In this document: one piece after another, positions 11,375 through 23,552 of the stretch
Layout: each line of letters starts with the position of its first letter
How positions within the stretch are numbered: position 1 is the first letter of the stretch
From: Macrostomum hystrix
Taxonomy: Eukaryota; Animalia; Platyhelminthes
NCBI GenBank assembly: GCA_950097015.1
Contig: CATNEN010000001.1
Span: 8,308,001 to 8,372,000 of the forward strand
Direction of reading: 5' to 3'
DNA: 64,000 nt
Program-made: the position numbers and the translations under genes
The notes under the pieces: model-generated
The model's database searches: none
What the model was told of the DNA's origin: nothing
Seen by the model: the letters and a program-made list of their open reading frames with translations, nothing else

Positions 11375-13195
11375 CGGTGATCGATTGACTGCAAGAACGC
11401 TGGTCCCTGCTGCCACATTGAATTGTTCACAAGCCTTTCGGGTAGGCAGCCTCTTGATGGAATGTCAGCGGGGTTACTCTCCCCCGGGACATGTTGCCAC
11501 TCGGACACCAAAGAGAGCTTGCGAATCTCTGCGACACGATTCTGAACAAAGACTGGACGAATCCGAGTTTCCTGAGTTATCCACTGCAAAGCATTCATGC
11601 TGTCTGTCCACAAGTGTCTTTTAACTCCAGGAAATTGAGTGGAAACAAAGTCCATCAGCCGAGTCAAAATAAGCGCACCGAGGAGCTCCAGACGCGCAAT
11701 GCTGATGTCTGCTAGAGGAGCGACACGTGATTTGGCCATGATGAGCACAGATGAGGCGCAGCCGTGATCATGGTCCACCACCCGAAGATAAACAGCAGCG
11801 GCGTAGGCACGCTCACTGGCATCAGAGAAGCCATGGAGCTGAATCTCCATGCTGTTGGCCTTGACAGCCTCTGGCATGACGCAGCGCGGAACCTCGAGGT
11901 GAGTCTTCCGGAGCGAGTCAAGCCAGCGGGACCACTGCGACGCAATATCCATCGGTAGCAGCTCATCCCACCCCAGCTTTTGTGCGCACAACTGTTGAAA
12001 TAGCACCTTGACTAGCGTCACTGCTGGGGAGAGGAGGCCAAGTGGATCAAACAGTTTAGCAAGTACTGCTAGCATCGATCGCTTCGTGTGTGGCCGCTCT
12101 GGAATAGAGCTTAGAACTGCCCGAAGGTCAAAATGCAGAGTGTCCTTTGCGGCATCCCACGGAAGCCCCAAGACTTTGCTAGACTTGCTTAGATCATTCT
12201 CAGGTAAACTAGATGTAAACTGCTCCGAGTTTGAGTGCCACTGTCTTAAATTCATTCCAGCTAAACTGAAAATTCGTTTTGACTTTGAGTAGAGTACTCG
12301 TAATTTAGCATCTTCTATGGAGTCGCAGCTAGTGACAAGATTGTCCACGTAAAGATCCTGTTTAAGAGTGTCTGTGACCTCAGGGAAATCTTTTTTGTTA
12401 CATTCGAGGTGGCGCAGGATGGTAGCCCTGAGTATTCCAGGTGAACACGTAAGCCCGAAGGGCAGACGGCAAAATCTGTAGTGAATGACTTCCTGCTGAG
12501 CACCTGACGAACCCTGAGTCCACAGAAAACGAATTGAATCACGATCGGACTCCTCAATGCCGATTTGGAGAAAGGCTTTTTCAATGTCGGCTAGGATAGC
12601 GATCTGCTTCAGCCGAAAACGAATGAGAATTTGCGGTATTTGCGGAAAATTCGTCGGACCAACTTGGAGAAGGTCGTCGATTGAAAAGTCGGCTGAATGA
12701 GTCCTCGCCGACACGTCAAAGACAATGCGGAGCTTCGTACGTTCACTGTCCGCTTTGAAGACGCAGCTGTGTGGGAGATAGTGAGTTATGTTCTGAGAAG
12801 CACCCTCAGAGACTCTCTCGATGATGCCAAACGCTTCTTGCTCAGCGATTATGGCCTCACACTGAGCTAGTTGAGATGGGTTACGTTCCAGGTGACGCCT
12901 AGTTGATTGCAATCGTCGGAGTGACAAATCAAATTGATCGTTAAAGACAATTTATTGCTTCCGAAGAGACCAGGGTAACTGGACTGAGTAACGTCCATTC
13001 TGCCTTCCATCCATTCCACACAGCCTTGGGTCTTTGCAGTGAGTGGCTAAGTGACCCTGGCGCAAGTACCTAAAACAGCGAGTGTCGGATGCCAGAAAGG
13101 CTCGTCGCTGATCTAGAGAAGTGACCTTATTGCAGGACTCAGTTGAGTGTGATCCCTTGCAATAGGTGCAGAAGACCTTTGATGTCTTACAGTGA
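11375..13195 (-). mobile_element. BEL/Pao LTR-retrotransposon fragment: Gag zinc knuckles, RT and RNase H (ORF 11299-12927)
   Basis: CTYCKGSHSTESC; KLRIVFD; ADIEKAFLQ; RLPFGL; LYVDN; FDPLG; LHGFSDAS; KSRVAP; RLELLGA; NPADIPSRG. No integrase is present. Confidence 0.95.
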
Positions 13196-13520
13196 CAGTC
13201 ATTTTTTAATTCACACGCTCGCTGCAACGAGCTTTTTTGTGAACTCTAATTATTGAGAGGTCCTCAAAGAATTGTGATATTTTTGTGACTGTCGAGCTGC
13301 TGCTGAATGGCTCAGCTAAGACTCAATCTGCGGCCATAAGCTTCTGCTGCAAGTCTTCGGCCTCATCAACGGTGTCGGCTTTGTCCACTGACGAAGAATC
13401 TAGCCAGTCGATGGACCAGCATCAGCATCAGCATCAGGAGGGAGCCCAGCCTGTGTGGCGTCCTTGGTAACCGGCCCCTGGCAACAGCATGCGGCATTAC
13501 AAGTCAACTTAGTGAATTTG
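13195..13520 (+). pseudogene. hes: Internally deleted HES copy: 35 bp of upstream sequence plus the C-terminus ending WRPW; bHLH missing
   Basis: 13195-13229 matches 32662-32697. 13285-13470 matches the 3' half of 32922-33290, with an extra HQHQHQ. Confidence 0.9.
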
Positions 13521-13720
13521 TTTCGTTGTTTTGCTATTCAGTTGTGCTCAGTGCTCACGTGCTCATAAATATGTGTGCTCAAGTGCTTATAAATGTGTTC
13601 AGACTGTCAACGCACTTTTATGGCCTTCCGGTTGGTCTTTCTCGACGTGCTTGGTGTCGTTGGAAGACTCTAGAGATGCTCTATCGATTTGCTATTGTTG
13701 TACCTGTGGCTGTGGTAGCG

Positions 13721-14224
13721 TGGCACACACAATTGGTGAAAATAACCAAGACAAGGACGCTAGATTCTGAGAGGATTTATCCGGCCTCAACTCTGATGCT
13801 TCTTCGCAGTGGAACAATCTGGTAGTCAGGCTACAGATTGTCAAGTTCCCTCGTGTTCTACTCAGTAAATAGCGTACCTTAGTCTTTGGGGACTAGGCAC
13901 GAAGCAAAGTTAGAACCAATGCTTAGAAATGCAGTTCCTAACTTTAAAGGCAGATACTAGTCGTAACAGTAACCGCAACCGAAAACACATGAAGAAACGA
14001 GAGACTGAAATGTGCTATCAAAGTAGAGAAAGTGTGCTTCCACAATGCTAACACCACCCGGTGTATTCGTCAGACTGTGCTCTACTTATAGTAGGATCAT
14101 TTGAGCGATATTCTGCCAGTCTTCTTCCGAACCGAAGCGATTGCACCGTGGCGTGCAATATGACTCAGTGCGCAGACAGAGCTGGAACGAGAGAGAAAGA
14201 GGAGGGGGTGGCGAGCGGAGGTGA
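13721..14224. repeat. About 500-bp dispersed repeat, probably LTR-derived; second copy at 39486-40013
   Basis: Collinear similarity from TGGCACACACAATTGG to GAGCGGAGGTGA. Both copies sit next to or near LTR-retrotransposon remnants. Confidence 0.7.
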
Positions 14225-16110
14225 ATGTCGGCCGGATCTTGTAGACTGTCTCGCCTTTGCTCTCGAGCACCACGTAGACCGATTGACGGGGCCGATGAAA
14301 CTTGCTGATCTCGCCGGATTCGATCACCGGGTTGTTAAGTAAGACCAGCTGGCCCGGGCGGAGTGGTTTCGCCTGCAGCCTCTCTTGGTAGTGTTCTTCC
14401 CGCAGCACCTGATACCTCTCGAGCTTGTCCCGGGCGCAGTCAACAGCCTGGTTGATGCGCTCCTGGAACAGTCGGAGATATTCTGGAAGGTCTGCGTATT
14501 CAGCCAGTGCAGTCAACGTGTTGTCCACGGGCAGCCGGTACTCTCGTCCGAAGACCAGGAAGTACGGCGTGTACCCGGTCACAGGATGGACACTGGTGCG
14601 CAACGCGATTAAGCACGCGGGCAGCATCAGGTCCCAATCCCTATGATCCTTTTCCAACAAACACGTGAGCACTGACTTAATCTGGCGATCGCCAGAGTAA
14701 TCTGGCGATTCAGATTCTCAACCTGGCCATTGCTGGCTGGGTTATAGGGGCACGTGTGTGTGTGACAGATTCCGATCAGCTTGCAGAATTCCTCAAACTC
14801 TGCGCTCATGAAGTTCGTCCCCTGGTCCGTGTGCAACCAGGCTGGTGCACCGTACTCGGGAATAAACCGATCTAGCAGCAGTTTGAGCACTGTCTTGGTC
14901 TTCTGGTTCCTCATCGGGTAGGCGAACGGGTACTTCGATGTTGCATCACACAGGGTTAGGATGTACCGATGTCCTCGGGCACTCGGCTGAGACAAAGGCC
15001 CGATCACGTCGGCATGCACCCTTCCCAAGACCTCACACACTGGAAAGTTCTGCGGTGGGACCACCTCCTTTCCGCCTCGACTTACTCTCCAGGCATGTCC
15101 TGCAACGCGCAACGTACCCCGTCGCCTCCGTCCAGAGACCGGGTCTCCAGAACCTGTCTCTCACTCTCTGCACTGTCTTGGACTGGCCGAGATGACCCGC
15201 CAAAGGTGAGTCATGCAAGGCATCAAAGACGCGCGAGTCTAATGCTCTCGGTAGCACCGGTCGCGGCGGCCGGTTTTCATCAAAGTCAATGACGAGTAAC
15301 CCGTCGCGCACTTCCAGCTCCTCAAATGCACCCAGCAGGTCTCTGACCTCCTTCGGCATCTGGAGTCGCTGATCGAACCTGGGCTTTACCCTTCCTGACA
15401 GCTTCAGTTCCGTCAGGTACCTGATTGCTGGGTCTTGGTGCTGAGCTTCTAGCAACTCGATCTGGCTAACCGGCACCTTCAGGAACTCTGTCACCACTGC
15501 TCTTACCGGAGGCAGCTCTCCACTGTCTTCGTCCTCCTTGTCCTTGGACCCAGGAGCCCTGGCAGCAGGGGGTGTCCTTGACAGGCGAGTCTGGTCGCAA
15601 CGAGTCTGACAACACCCCTCTACCTCTGCTCCCTGTCCCACGGAGAGACCAACAGTGGGCAGGCAAGACTGGCTGTAACGAGCTGACTGCTGATCTTCCT
15701 GACGCGAGGACACTGACACAGCGGGATCTGTCGCTCGCAGGCAGGACTTGCTGCATCGAGCCAGCGACTTCTCCCCTGTTTCTGAGAACTCCTCGACAGC
15801 AGGATTCGGTGTCTGCAGGCAGGACTGGCTGCAACGAGCGGAATCTTCCTCCTCTGTCTCCGGACAAGCCAGAAGCTCTGGATCCGGCGCCTGCAGGCAG
15901 GACTGGCTGCAACGAGCGGGCACCTTTCCCTTTACCTCTGAGCCTTCCGCCACCACCTGAGTCTGCACCTGTGCCTTGGCATCACAGCCCCGCACCCAGT
16001 GCTCCTCCCTTGTGGCTCCCTTGCGGCGGCATCTACAGTCTGCAGGCAGAACTGGCTGCAACGAGCTGACTGCGGAGCCCCGTAGACAGGTGCTTCGCGC
16101 CTGTGCTTCC
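14225..16110 (-). mobile_element. Ty3/Gypsy integrase region, frameshifted, with upstream ARCSQSCL peptide repeats
   Basis: HHCC finger HDSPLAGH..FWRPG..CRTC; VHADVIGP; HTDQGTNF; YNPASNGQVENLN; TGYTPYFLVFGRE. Confidence 0.93.
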
Positions 16111-16645
16111 CATGATCTCCCATTTAATGATGACTCCCCATTGATGATGATCCCCAGTTGACAATGATCCCCCAGTTGATCACCCCGTTGACAATTTTCC
16201 CCCAGTTGACCATGATCCCCAAGTTGACAACGTTCCCCCAGTTGATGATGATCACCCCGTTGACAATGATCCCCAGTTGACAATGAACACACAGTTGACA
16301 ATGATCCCCCATATAATGATGACTCCCCATTGATGATGATTCCCAGTTGACAATGTTCCCCCAGTTGACAATGATCCCCAAGTTGACAACGTTCCCCCAG
16401 TTGATGATGATCACCCAGTTGACAATGATCCCCCAGTTGACAATGATCCCCCAGTTGACAATGATCCCCCAGTTGACAATGATCACCCAGTTGACAATGA
16501 TCCCCCAGTTGACAATGATCACCCAGTTGACAATGATCCCCCCGTTGACCATGATCCCACATTTAATGACTCCCCATTGATGATTATTCCCAGTTGACAA
16601 CGTTCCCCCAGTTGACAATGATCACCCAGTTGACAATGACCATGA
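16111..16645 (-). repeat. 18-bp satellite block
   Basis: Same monomer as 1-2017, reverse orientation. Confidence 0.95.
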
Positions 16646-16649
16646 TCCT

Positions 16650-16738
16650 CGGCTGAATGGTGAAAATCGGTTCAGCAGTTTTTTCTCGTGGAAAATTGAA
16701 CCCAGAAGACACAAGATTTTCATATTTAGTAAATAAGA
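16650..16738 (-). mobile_element. Helitron 5' terminus (A|TC) leading directly into the satellite
   Basis: Minus strand A|TCTTATTTACTAAATATGAAAAT...AACTGCTGAACCGATTTTCACCATT, similar to 2119-2205. Confidence 0.7.
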
Positions 16739-17735
16739 TAGCCAGTATATTTTGTTGTCTTTCAGAAAGTCTTTAAAAGCTTAAATGAAGTAGCTACTTT
16801 GGACTTGTACTTGTACTTTATGCATATGCGGAATTCAATATTAGGTGTGTATCGTAGATGTACAATTGGTTTTAAAAGCGAAGCAAGCCTTTTAGTGAAT
16901 CACTTCCTAATTACAGTAGCTAATAGATGGTCACTGCAGTGACTCTGCGACTCTCGAAAAATATTCGATCACAAGTGAAAGTACTAGCTGAGTCAGCATT
17001 ATGTTTCGCTGCGTAGCTTTCTGGAATTGACTTTCCAATTGCGAAATAAAAGAAATAAGAGTCAACGAAAATGAATTTTGATTTTTTAGCGCATTTATGT
17101 ATAAATAAGTCTGACTGTGTGTGGCTGCTCAATTGCTCGCACAAAGAACGTTTAATTTTGTATAAAAATAGTAAAATGATGCATAGCGGGAGAAAAAATA
17201 AAGACTAGTTATCTGTATATATACATGTCGGAAGTAAGCCATATTATAGGCAGATTGCATCCAAACCGCAATTTTTTTTGTACAATTGAATAGTTGCAGG
17301 GTACTAAATGCAAAGCGAGTGAAGAAGTGTGAGATTGAACAGACTAACAGTATATTACGGAACTAAAAATGGGAAAGCTCAAGGAGCCAATATAAAAGAG
17401 CACACAGGTTTCCTGATAAAGGCACTTAAAGCTCTTCTCTCGTATAAAATGCCTGTTGGACTGTTTCGTCTAATAATTAATAAAAACTTATCTTAATAAT
17501 TATTATATTTTCTTGGTAGCTAGCCTATAGCTAGAAAAGACAGTTACTATAGCAACACTGTTTATTGCAGAGAGCGGCTAGATTGTCTGGCTATGGGAGA
17601 CCGTGTCTAGATTGATTGTTCACGGACGACAATGTAGGCTCTTGGAGATCTGGTGATAGAGATGATCGCAGATAGTGATGGAATATTGTGCAGTGGAAGT
17701 TGGTAGCTAATCGCAAACCCATTTCTTCTTACCAG

Positions 17736-18687
17736 CCCGTCGATGACCTGAGCGGTCTAGACACCTTCGACTTCGCCGTGATGCGCTGCGAATTCGGTGA
17801 CCTCCAGTCTTACGACAGCGCTGCCCTCTTCGATTTGTACAAGCCGGTTGCCAACGAAGATGCCACTGGGGCCATGAGCGCATCAGAGTGCTTCGACTTC
17901 GCAGGCAAAAATGAGCAGCAGAAGCAGGGAAGTCGGTCCTCTAGCGATTCCATCAGGTCCATCGGACAGCAACAGCATCAGCAGCAGCGACTGAATCATC
18001 TGATTGCTTCCTTTGCTTGGTTCCTTCGCTTGATCCGCCCACTTCGCGTCTCCCAACGCATGTGCAGCCGCCAGGCGTCAGAAAAAGAATAAGGGAGCAG
18101 CGTTGCGGTTAGTGTTTTTGAGCTGCAAATACTTGGGATTTGGGAATCTTTAGTATTTAGGATCTTTATTGTATTGGGGATTGCGGGATATTAGCTAGTC
18201 CAGATTCAGGGGCGGTTTACAGATTTATGGAAATGGCAAGTGATTCTGGGGCTTAAGATTCAAGGTGTTAGCTATTCCATGGAACATTTTTGCATTGTCG
18301 AAACAATTAGCTATCAAAACTTAACATTGCCCAACCACAGACAGGAATTTGCAGCTGTGGGAGTTCCTGTACCAGTTACTCGAAACTCCGTCTGTCGCTG
18401 ACCTGTCGCCACCCAGCTTGCTCTGGGAGAACAAGCTGGAGGGCACTTTCCAAATACTAAATCCAACCGGCCTAGCAGAGGCATTGGGCAGTTACAAGCG
18501 GCGGGACAATATGAACTTCGCAAAGATGCACCGAGCGCTGAGGTACTACTACAAGGAAAAGCTTATCACCAAGACCCACCCAAGACCCAAGCACTTGTAC
18601 AAGTTTCACTTCGACCACGAGAAGTTAAAATTGTTTTTCCCGAATGACAGACAAAATTACACCCAAATCAGAAATCTCATAATCTAA
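17736..18687 (+). CDS. ETS-domain transcription factor gene. ETS exon 18341-18687; probable upstream exon 17736-18107 needs one frame correction
   Basis: LQLWEFLYQLL..LLW..EGTFQI..K.RDNMNFAKMHRALRYYY..YKF is an ETS domain. Donor G|GTTAGT at 18108 and acceptor CACAG at 18340 join in phase. Confidence 0.85.
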
Positions 18688-19284
18688 TAAATGTCTCACA
18701 AATCCCAACAATACCCTAGAAATCACATGATCCAGACGATGACTCAATTACTGTACGGATTGTCTGATTGTCAGATGCGCTACTTCACTCATGAAAACTA
18801 TTGTTTCTTACGGCCATGTTTTGTTCTGTTTTCTTGTGTTTTATCATATTGTCCATGCATGACTTATCATCTGTAATTAAGCCTTGATTTTGAAGACATG
18901 TAATTGATACAGACTGTTTCCTATAAAAGTATGAGATATACGAGTACTTATAAATGCTATACAATAAATGAACTAATAGTTGCTGCACATTATTTCATAA
19001 ACTAAAGCAAACAAAACAAAAAGCACACCCAACGTTGTTGCGAGTGCAGCCGTGGAACTCCATTGACATGACAAGGAGTCCGTAAATGTCGCTGTCGTTC
19101 TCTAACCTGCTTAACTCGGCCAGATGCAGCTAGCCGGGATGCTGGGTCAACTTGTGCTCGACGCTGACTGAATTTCGCCCGTGCTGCGAAGAGTCATGAA
19201 TTCGTTCATCTCATTTTGAACTCCTAATGTGATTTTAAACTTAGATCTAAGCACAGATCTAAAATATTGCAATTAAATCACAAC

Positions 19285-21270
19285 TCAACTCGGATTAATA
19301 AAATCCGCAGACGGGGCAGTGCACACGCCTCTACAGCAACGCCAAGGCGACTCTTGATGACCAGCTGCAAAGCACTTCGGTGGGTCTCCACTCGCTTGAG
19401 TAACCGTAGTCGTCGGCCAATTCAAGGACGTAGTACACGGTTGTTTGGCGATGGGCAGTGTCTTAGTTGGGGAAGTAGACTTGCTGACCAGGCCGGTAGC
19501 AGCTGTCTGTCGGCTCCGGGGACCGAGCGGCGACCATGCAGCTGTCGCTAGATGTTGGCCTCTATACCAAGGGCATGACTTCTCAGCGAAGGATCGGTTG
19601 GCAGATATGAGCTTACATTGTTGTCCGAACATAGCAGTTTGGCTTCGGTCCGGGAGGACTGCTGAAGCGGTGGCCTCCGGGTCTTCGTCCAGGTGCTTCT
19701 TCGGACTGATAGGGTTGACATGTTGAGCAGTCGGCTGAAGTTCTGCATGAGCGTTGGCCTTCAGGTTCGTGTTCAGGTCAGCCTTGCGTACATTGGTGAG
19801 GTGGGCACTGCGCAGGTGGGCTGCTGTCGCGGTGGCCTCCGGGTTGTCGTCCAACTCTGGGTTGAGGCGTCGGTTGGCGCGGTGGATGCTGGGCTGGAGG
19901 GCTGCTGATGCGGTGGCCTCCGGATCTTCATCCAGGTCCGTTGATGCCTCGGAGTAGCGAGCTAGGTCCTTCAGCGGGAGGGCTGCTGTTGCGTCTACGT
20001 AGGGCAGCTTTAGAAGCTGCGCTTCGGATTCCGCTGGCTCCTCCGGACAGACGAAAAAAGCGTCCGTGTCGGACGCAGAACCAGTCGATATGTTCTGTTA
20101 GGTCGGATAAATTAGGGGATAAGTAAGTGAGGAAAAAGTTGGGGTTACTGGCATCGGATAACAGTGATTGATTATCGATTCGGATGATTGAAATTAGATA
20201 ACAGTGATCGATTATCGAATCGGATGATTGAAATTAGATAACAGTGATTGATTATCGATTCGGATGCTTGACATTGGATAACAGTGATCGATTATCGAAT
20301 CGGATGATTGACATTGGATAACAGTGATTGATTATCGATTCGGATGCTTGACATTGGATTACAGTGATTGATTATCGAAATGGTGATTAAAATTCAATAA
20401 TATATTTTTGATGGACAATCGTTGTTAGTGATTGATAATTGATGATGTTGACTAATAATCGACTGAGGTGATTGATTGTACTGAGATGTCTAAATGTTTG
20501 TGCGTGAGAGAGAGATAGAGAGTGGACAGACAAACAGATTGTAGCTTACACCACACTGAAACTTGCGTCGCGCCTGCCGCATATCTTCAGCGCAGAGCAC
20601 CCTCGGTTTCAATTGCCGAATTATATCGACAATTGACCGTCTTTTTTCGATCATGTTGCGGACGAAGCGTAGGCTGGGTGGCTCCAGAGAGTCATCCAGG
20701 TTTACCTAAATTGGTCATTTTTAGAAAATATATTTTAGAGAAAGAATTAAACCAAATTGTCGGACAAACTGACCTAACTGACAGACATTTTTCTCACTCC
20801 ACCTCTCACTCTACCTCTCACTCAACCTCTCACTACCTCTCACTTCACCTCTCACTACCTTTCACTCCTTCTCTCACTCTACATTTCACTCCACCTCTCA
20901 CTCCACCTCTCACTCCACCTCTCACTCTACCTCTCACTCCACCTGTCACTCTACTTCAGTTTAACATAACAGACAGAGACGGGGCCTAAATGCAAGGAAT
21001 TAACTCTCACTCTACCTTTCACTCCACCTGTCACTGGCATATATATGCGGCATATATCGTAAAGCAAAAATGTGCATTCGATCTCACCTGGAGGACTTCA
21101 GCTGCGTAGACTCTGCCTGCATATTTGGCCGTGCAGCGCCACCTCTCATCACTGTCTCTTAACAGTGACAATTCAGAAACTGTCCGATTTTTTAATTCAC
21201 ATTCACCTGCATCACTCTCATTTGCTTCGATAACCTGCCTGTCGGCTTCGAATACGACTAAAAACTTCAT
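19285..21270 (-). CDS. Predicted 3-exon orphan gene, about 380 aa (exons 21270-21088, 20705-20550, 20094-19285)
   Basis: All three exons are open and join in phase 0 via CAG|GTGAGA, TTTAG|, |GTAAGC and CTAACAG|. Exon 3 has LD(E/D)(D/N)PEATA repeats. Confidence 0.6.
20155..20380. repeat. 40-bp tandem repeat (GATAACAGTGATTGATTATCGATTCGGATG...), intronic; also a 12-bp CTCTCACTCCAC repeat at about 20792-20950
   Basis: Directly visible. Both repeats fall inside the predicted introns. Confidence 0.9.
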
Positions 21271-23552
21271 GTCTGTAGAATATGCTTGAAAATTTTGAAA
21301 ATTTGAGAACGACAGGAGGTTAGGGGAGCGAAGATAAGCTAAAGCTTTACTTATATGTCAGATCAAACTGCACGGCCTAGACAGTGGGAAGGCTCGTCGC
21401 GCGCTCATTGGTTAGTTATGAAAAATCCTGTAACCCACTATCCGCTAGCTACCGATTGTGCCATTGGTGCCGACTATGGAGAGTGGAGTCAGTTTGTTTT
21501 GGTGGATCTTTGTACTGTAGCTATTGAAAGTATATTTAATATACAAATATTTCCCATTTTTCCTAACACAAACATTAGAGCTACTGCTTAACAGTTACAT
21601 AGTGTACAAATTGAAAATGGAAACGCTATTGCTACTGTGCGAATAATGTCACGAATGTTAAAAAATGCTAATTTTGCAACAAATAAATTCTCGGTTCGGT
21701 TTGTACACAGTAATAATTGTATGTACACAGCAAGCTAAGTGTCAATAATTGTATGTGACTGAAAGTTTCTAAAAGCTTTTAAAAGGATTTAAAAGCTTAT
21801 ATGTACTTTGAACTTTGTATTTGCACTTTGACCACATCCGGAAATTCCGCATATGCGGAATTCAATATAAGGTGTATATCGTACATGCACAAAAAAGCAA
21901 TCGAAGCAAGCTAGCTCGTACGAGCTCGTACGAGCTATACTCGTACTTTCGAATTTCGAGAAGCAAGAGTCAACGAAAATAAATATTGATCGTCATTAAG
22001 TTCATATTTATTCAAATTTTATTTCTGGCAAAATTTTTTGCCTGTAGAAATGAGTGACATAAAAAAGCAAAGGAAAAATATGGTAAAGTAGGAGGAATTT
22101 GAAAGTACGAGTAGAAACGTAGTAGAAAGTTATGACTTAAGCAAAGTACTGAGAAGGATACTCATATTAAACATTAGGCATGTGAAACACGATTCAACGA
22201 GAAAGGGGACTTCTGTTAAACCCACTTGTCAAATATTAGCAATAGCCTATACTCCTACTGTGCTAGAACTGAATGGGAGCTTTCAAAACTATGATGCTGT
22301 CAAACTATAACCCTCTTTGTCAATTTTAGACCACCATCAACTTTCTTAGCTCCAATCACGTAATGCACATAATCGCCAAATCGTCAATCTATCTAAAAGT
22401 TAGCAAATGAAAAATTTGTTGATAAAACGTTAGAAACTTTATGCCGTCTTCAGGGATACATTGAAAAATAGTGTTGTAGGCCTAATTTATTTGTTATGTA
22501 TTTATCCCAATGATGCCACCAAAGTTGTTGTAGGGCTATTTTATAATATTTAAGATCCCTACTGAATGTCACCAAAGTTGTACCAGGTCTTTACTTCTTA
22601 AGCTAATTATTTATCTAATTTCACCGAATGCCACCGAAGTTGTTGCAGGGCAAAATTATTAATTAAGATCCCACCGCTGTTGCCTTAGTTTAATAGATAT
22701 TTAACTGGCGGTCCTTAAATGGGCCGTTTTAACTTCTCAAATGGTAGCGTATGAATTTGCACGAGTGGTATTTAGGCAACTATATGCGTCTCCAGTCAAT
22801 TAAGCGTCCCCGAGATTAGAGTTTAGCAGTTTCCCTTTTGTAATATTCTTAGTATAATTCTGAGTATAATTCTTAGTATAGTTCTGAGTATGGTTCTGAG
22901 TATAGTTCTGAGTATAGTTCTGAGTATATTTCTCACTACTATCTTCTCTTAAAATGAATAACACAATGTAACACTTCAAACTTCGAAATTTGCTTTAAAA
23001 CACACACTTAACACTTAACACTTTACACTTTACACTTTACACTTTACACAACTTAACACACAACTCACAACTTTATTTTCTTGGTCAAAAATCGCAGCTA
23101 TATATATACAGTAAAACTTAGCGTTTTTTTAAATAGAAACATTTTACATAATATTGTGCATACGGTACAAATTAAAACAAAATATTTATATACAGTATTC
23201 TTTTTGTTACGGTGAAAAGTTAAGCAAATTGTTTTTTGGCGCGCTTTTAATTTTTATATATTTTTACGCATTTTATAGAAAACATATTTACAAAGAAACG
23301 TATTTACAATAATGAAATTATTGAACTAAACTAAAAATACACTGTTATAATAGAAAATGCCTTCCCTAAAGCAAACCCAGAAAGCACCTTGTTAAAAAAC
23401 TATTATACGCTGGTGAAAATTTGAAAATAAGATATTGTTATTGCACCCCAAATGAAAATTAAACTGAAACAGTTCCAAATTCCGATAGTTCCGAACACAG
23501 ACTGCTGGAGTAGCCTTTTTGCCGTCTGATAGAGTTAACAAAAAGCATGACT

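Noticed and set aside
15033-16562. 509-aa satellite-integrase fusion protein
   Set aside because: Chance read-through from satellite into a broken Gypsy pol; the integrase core is frameshifted.
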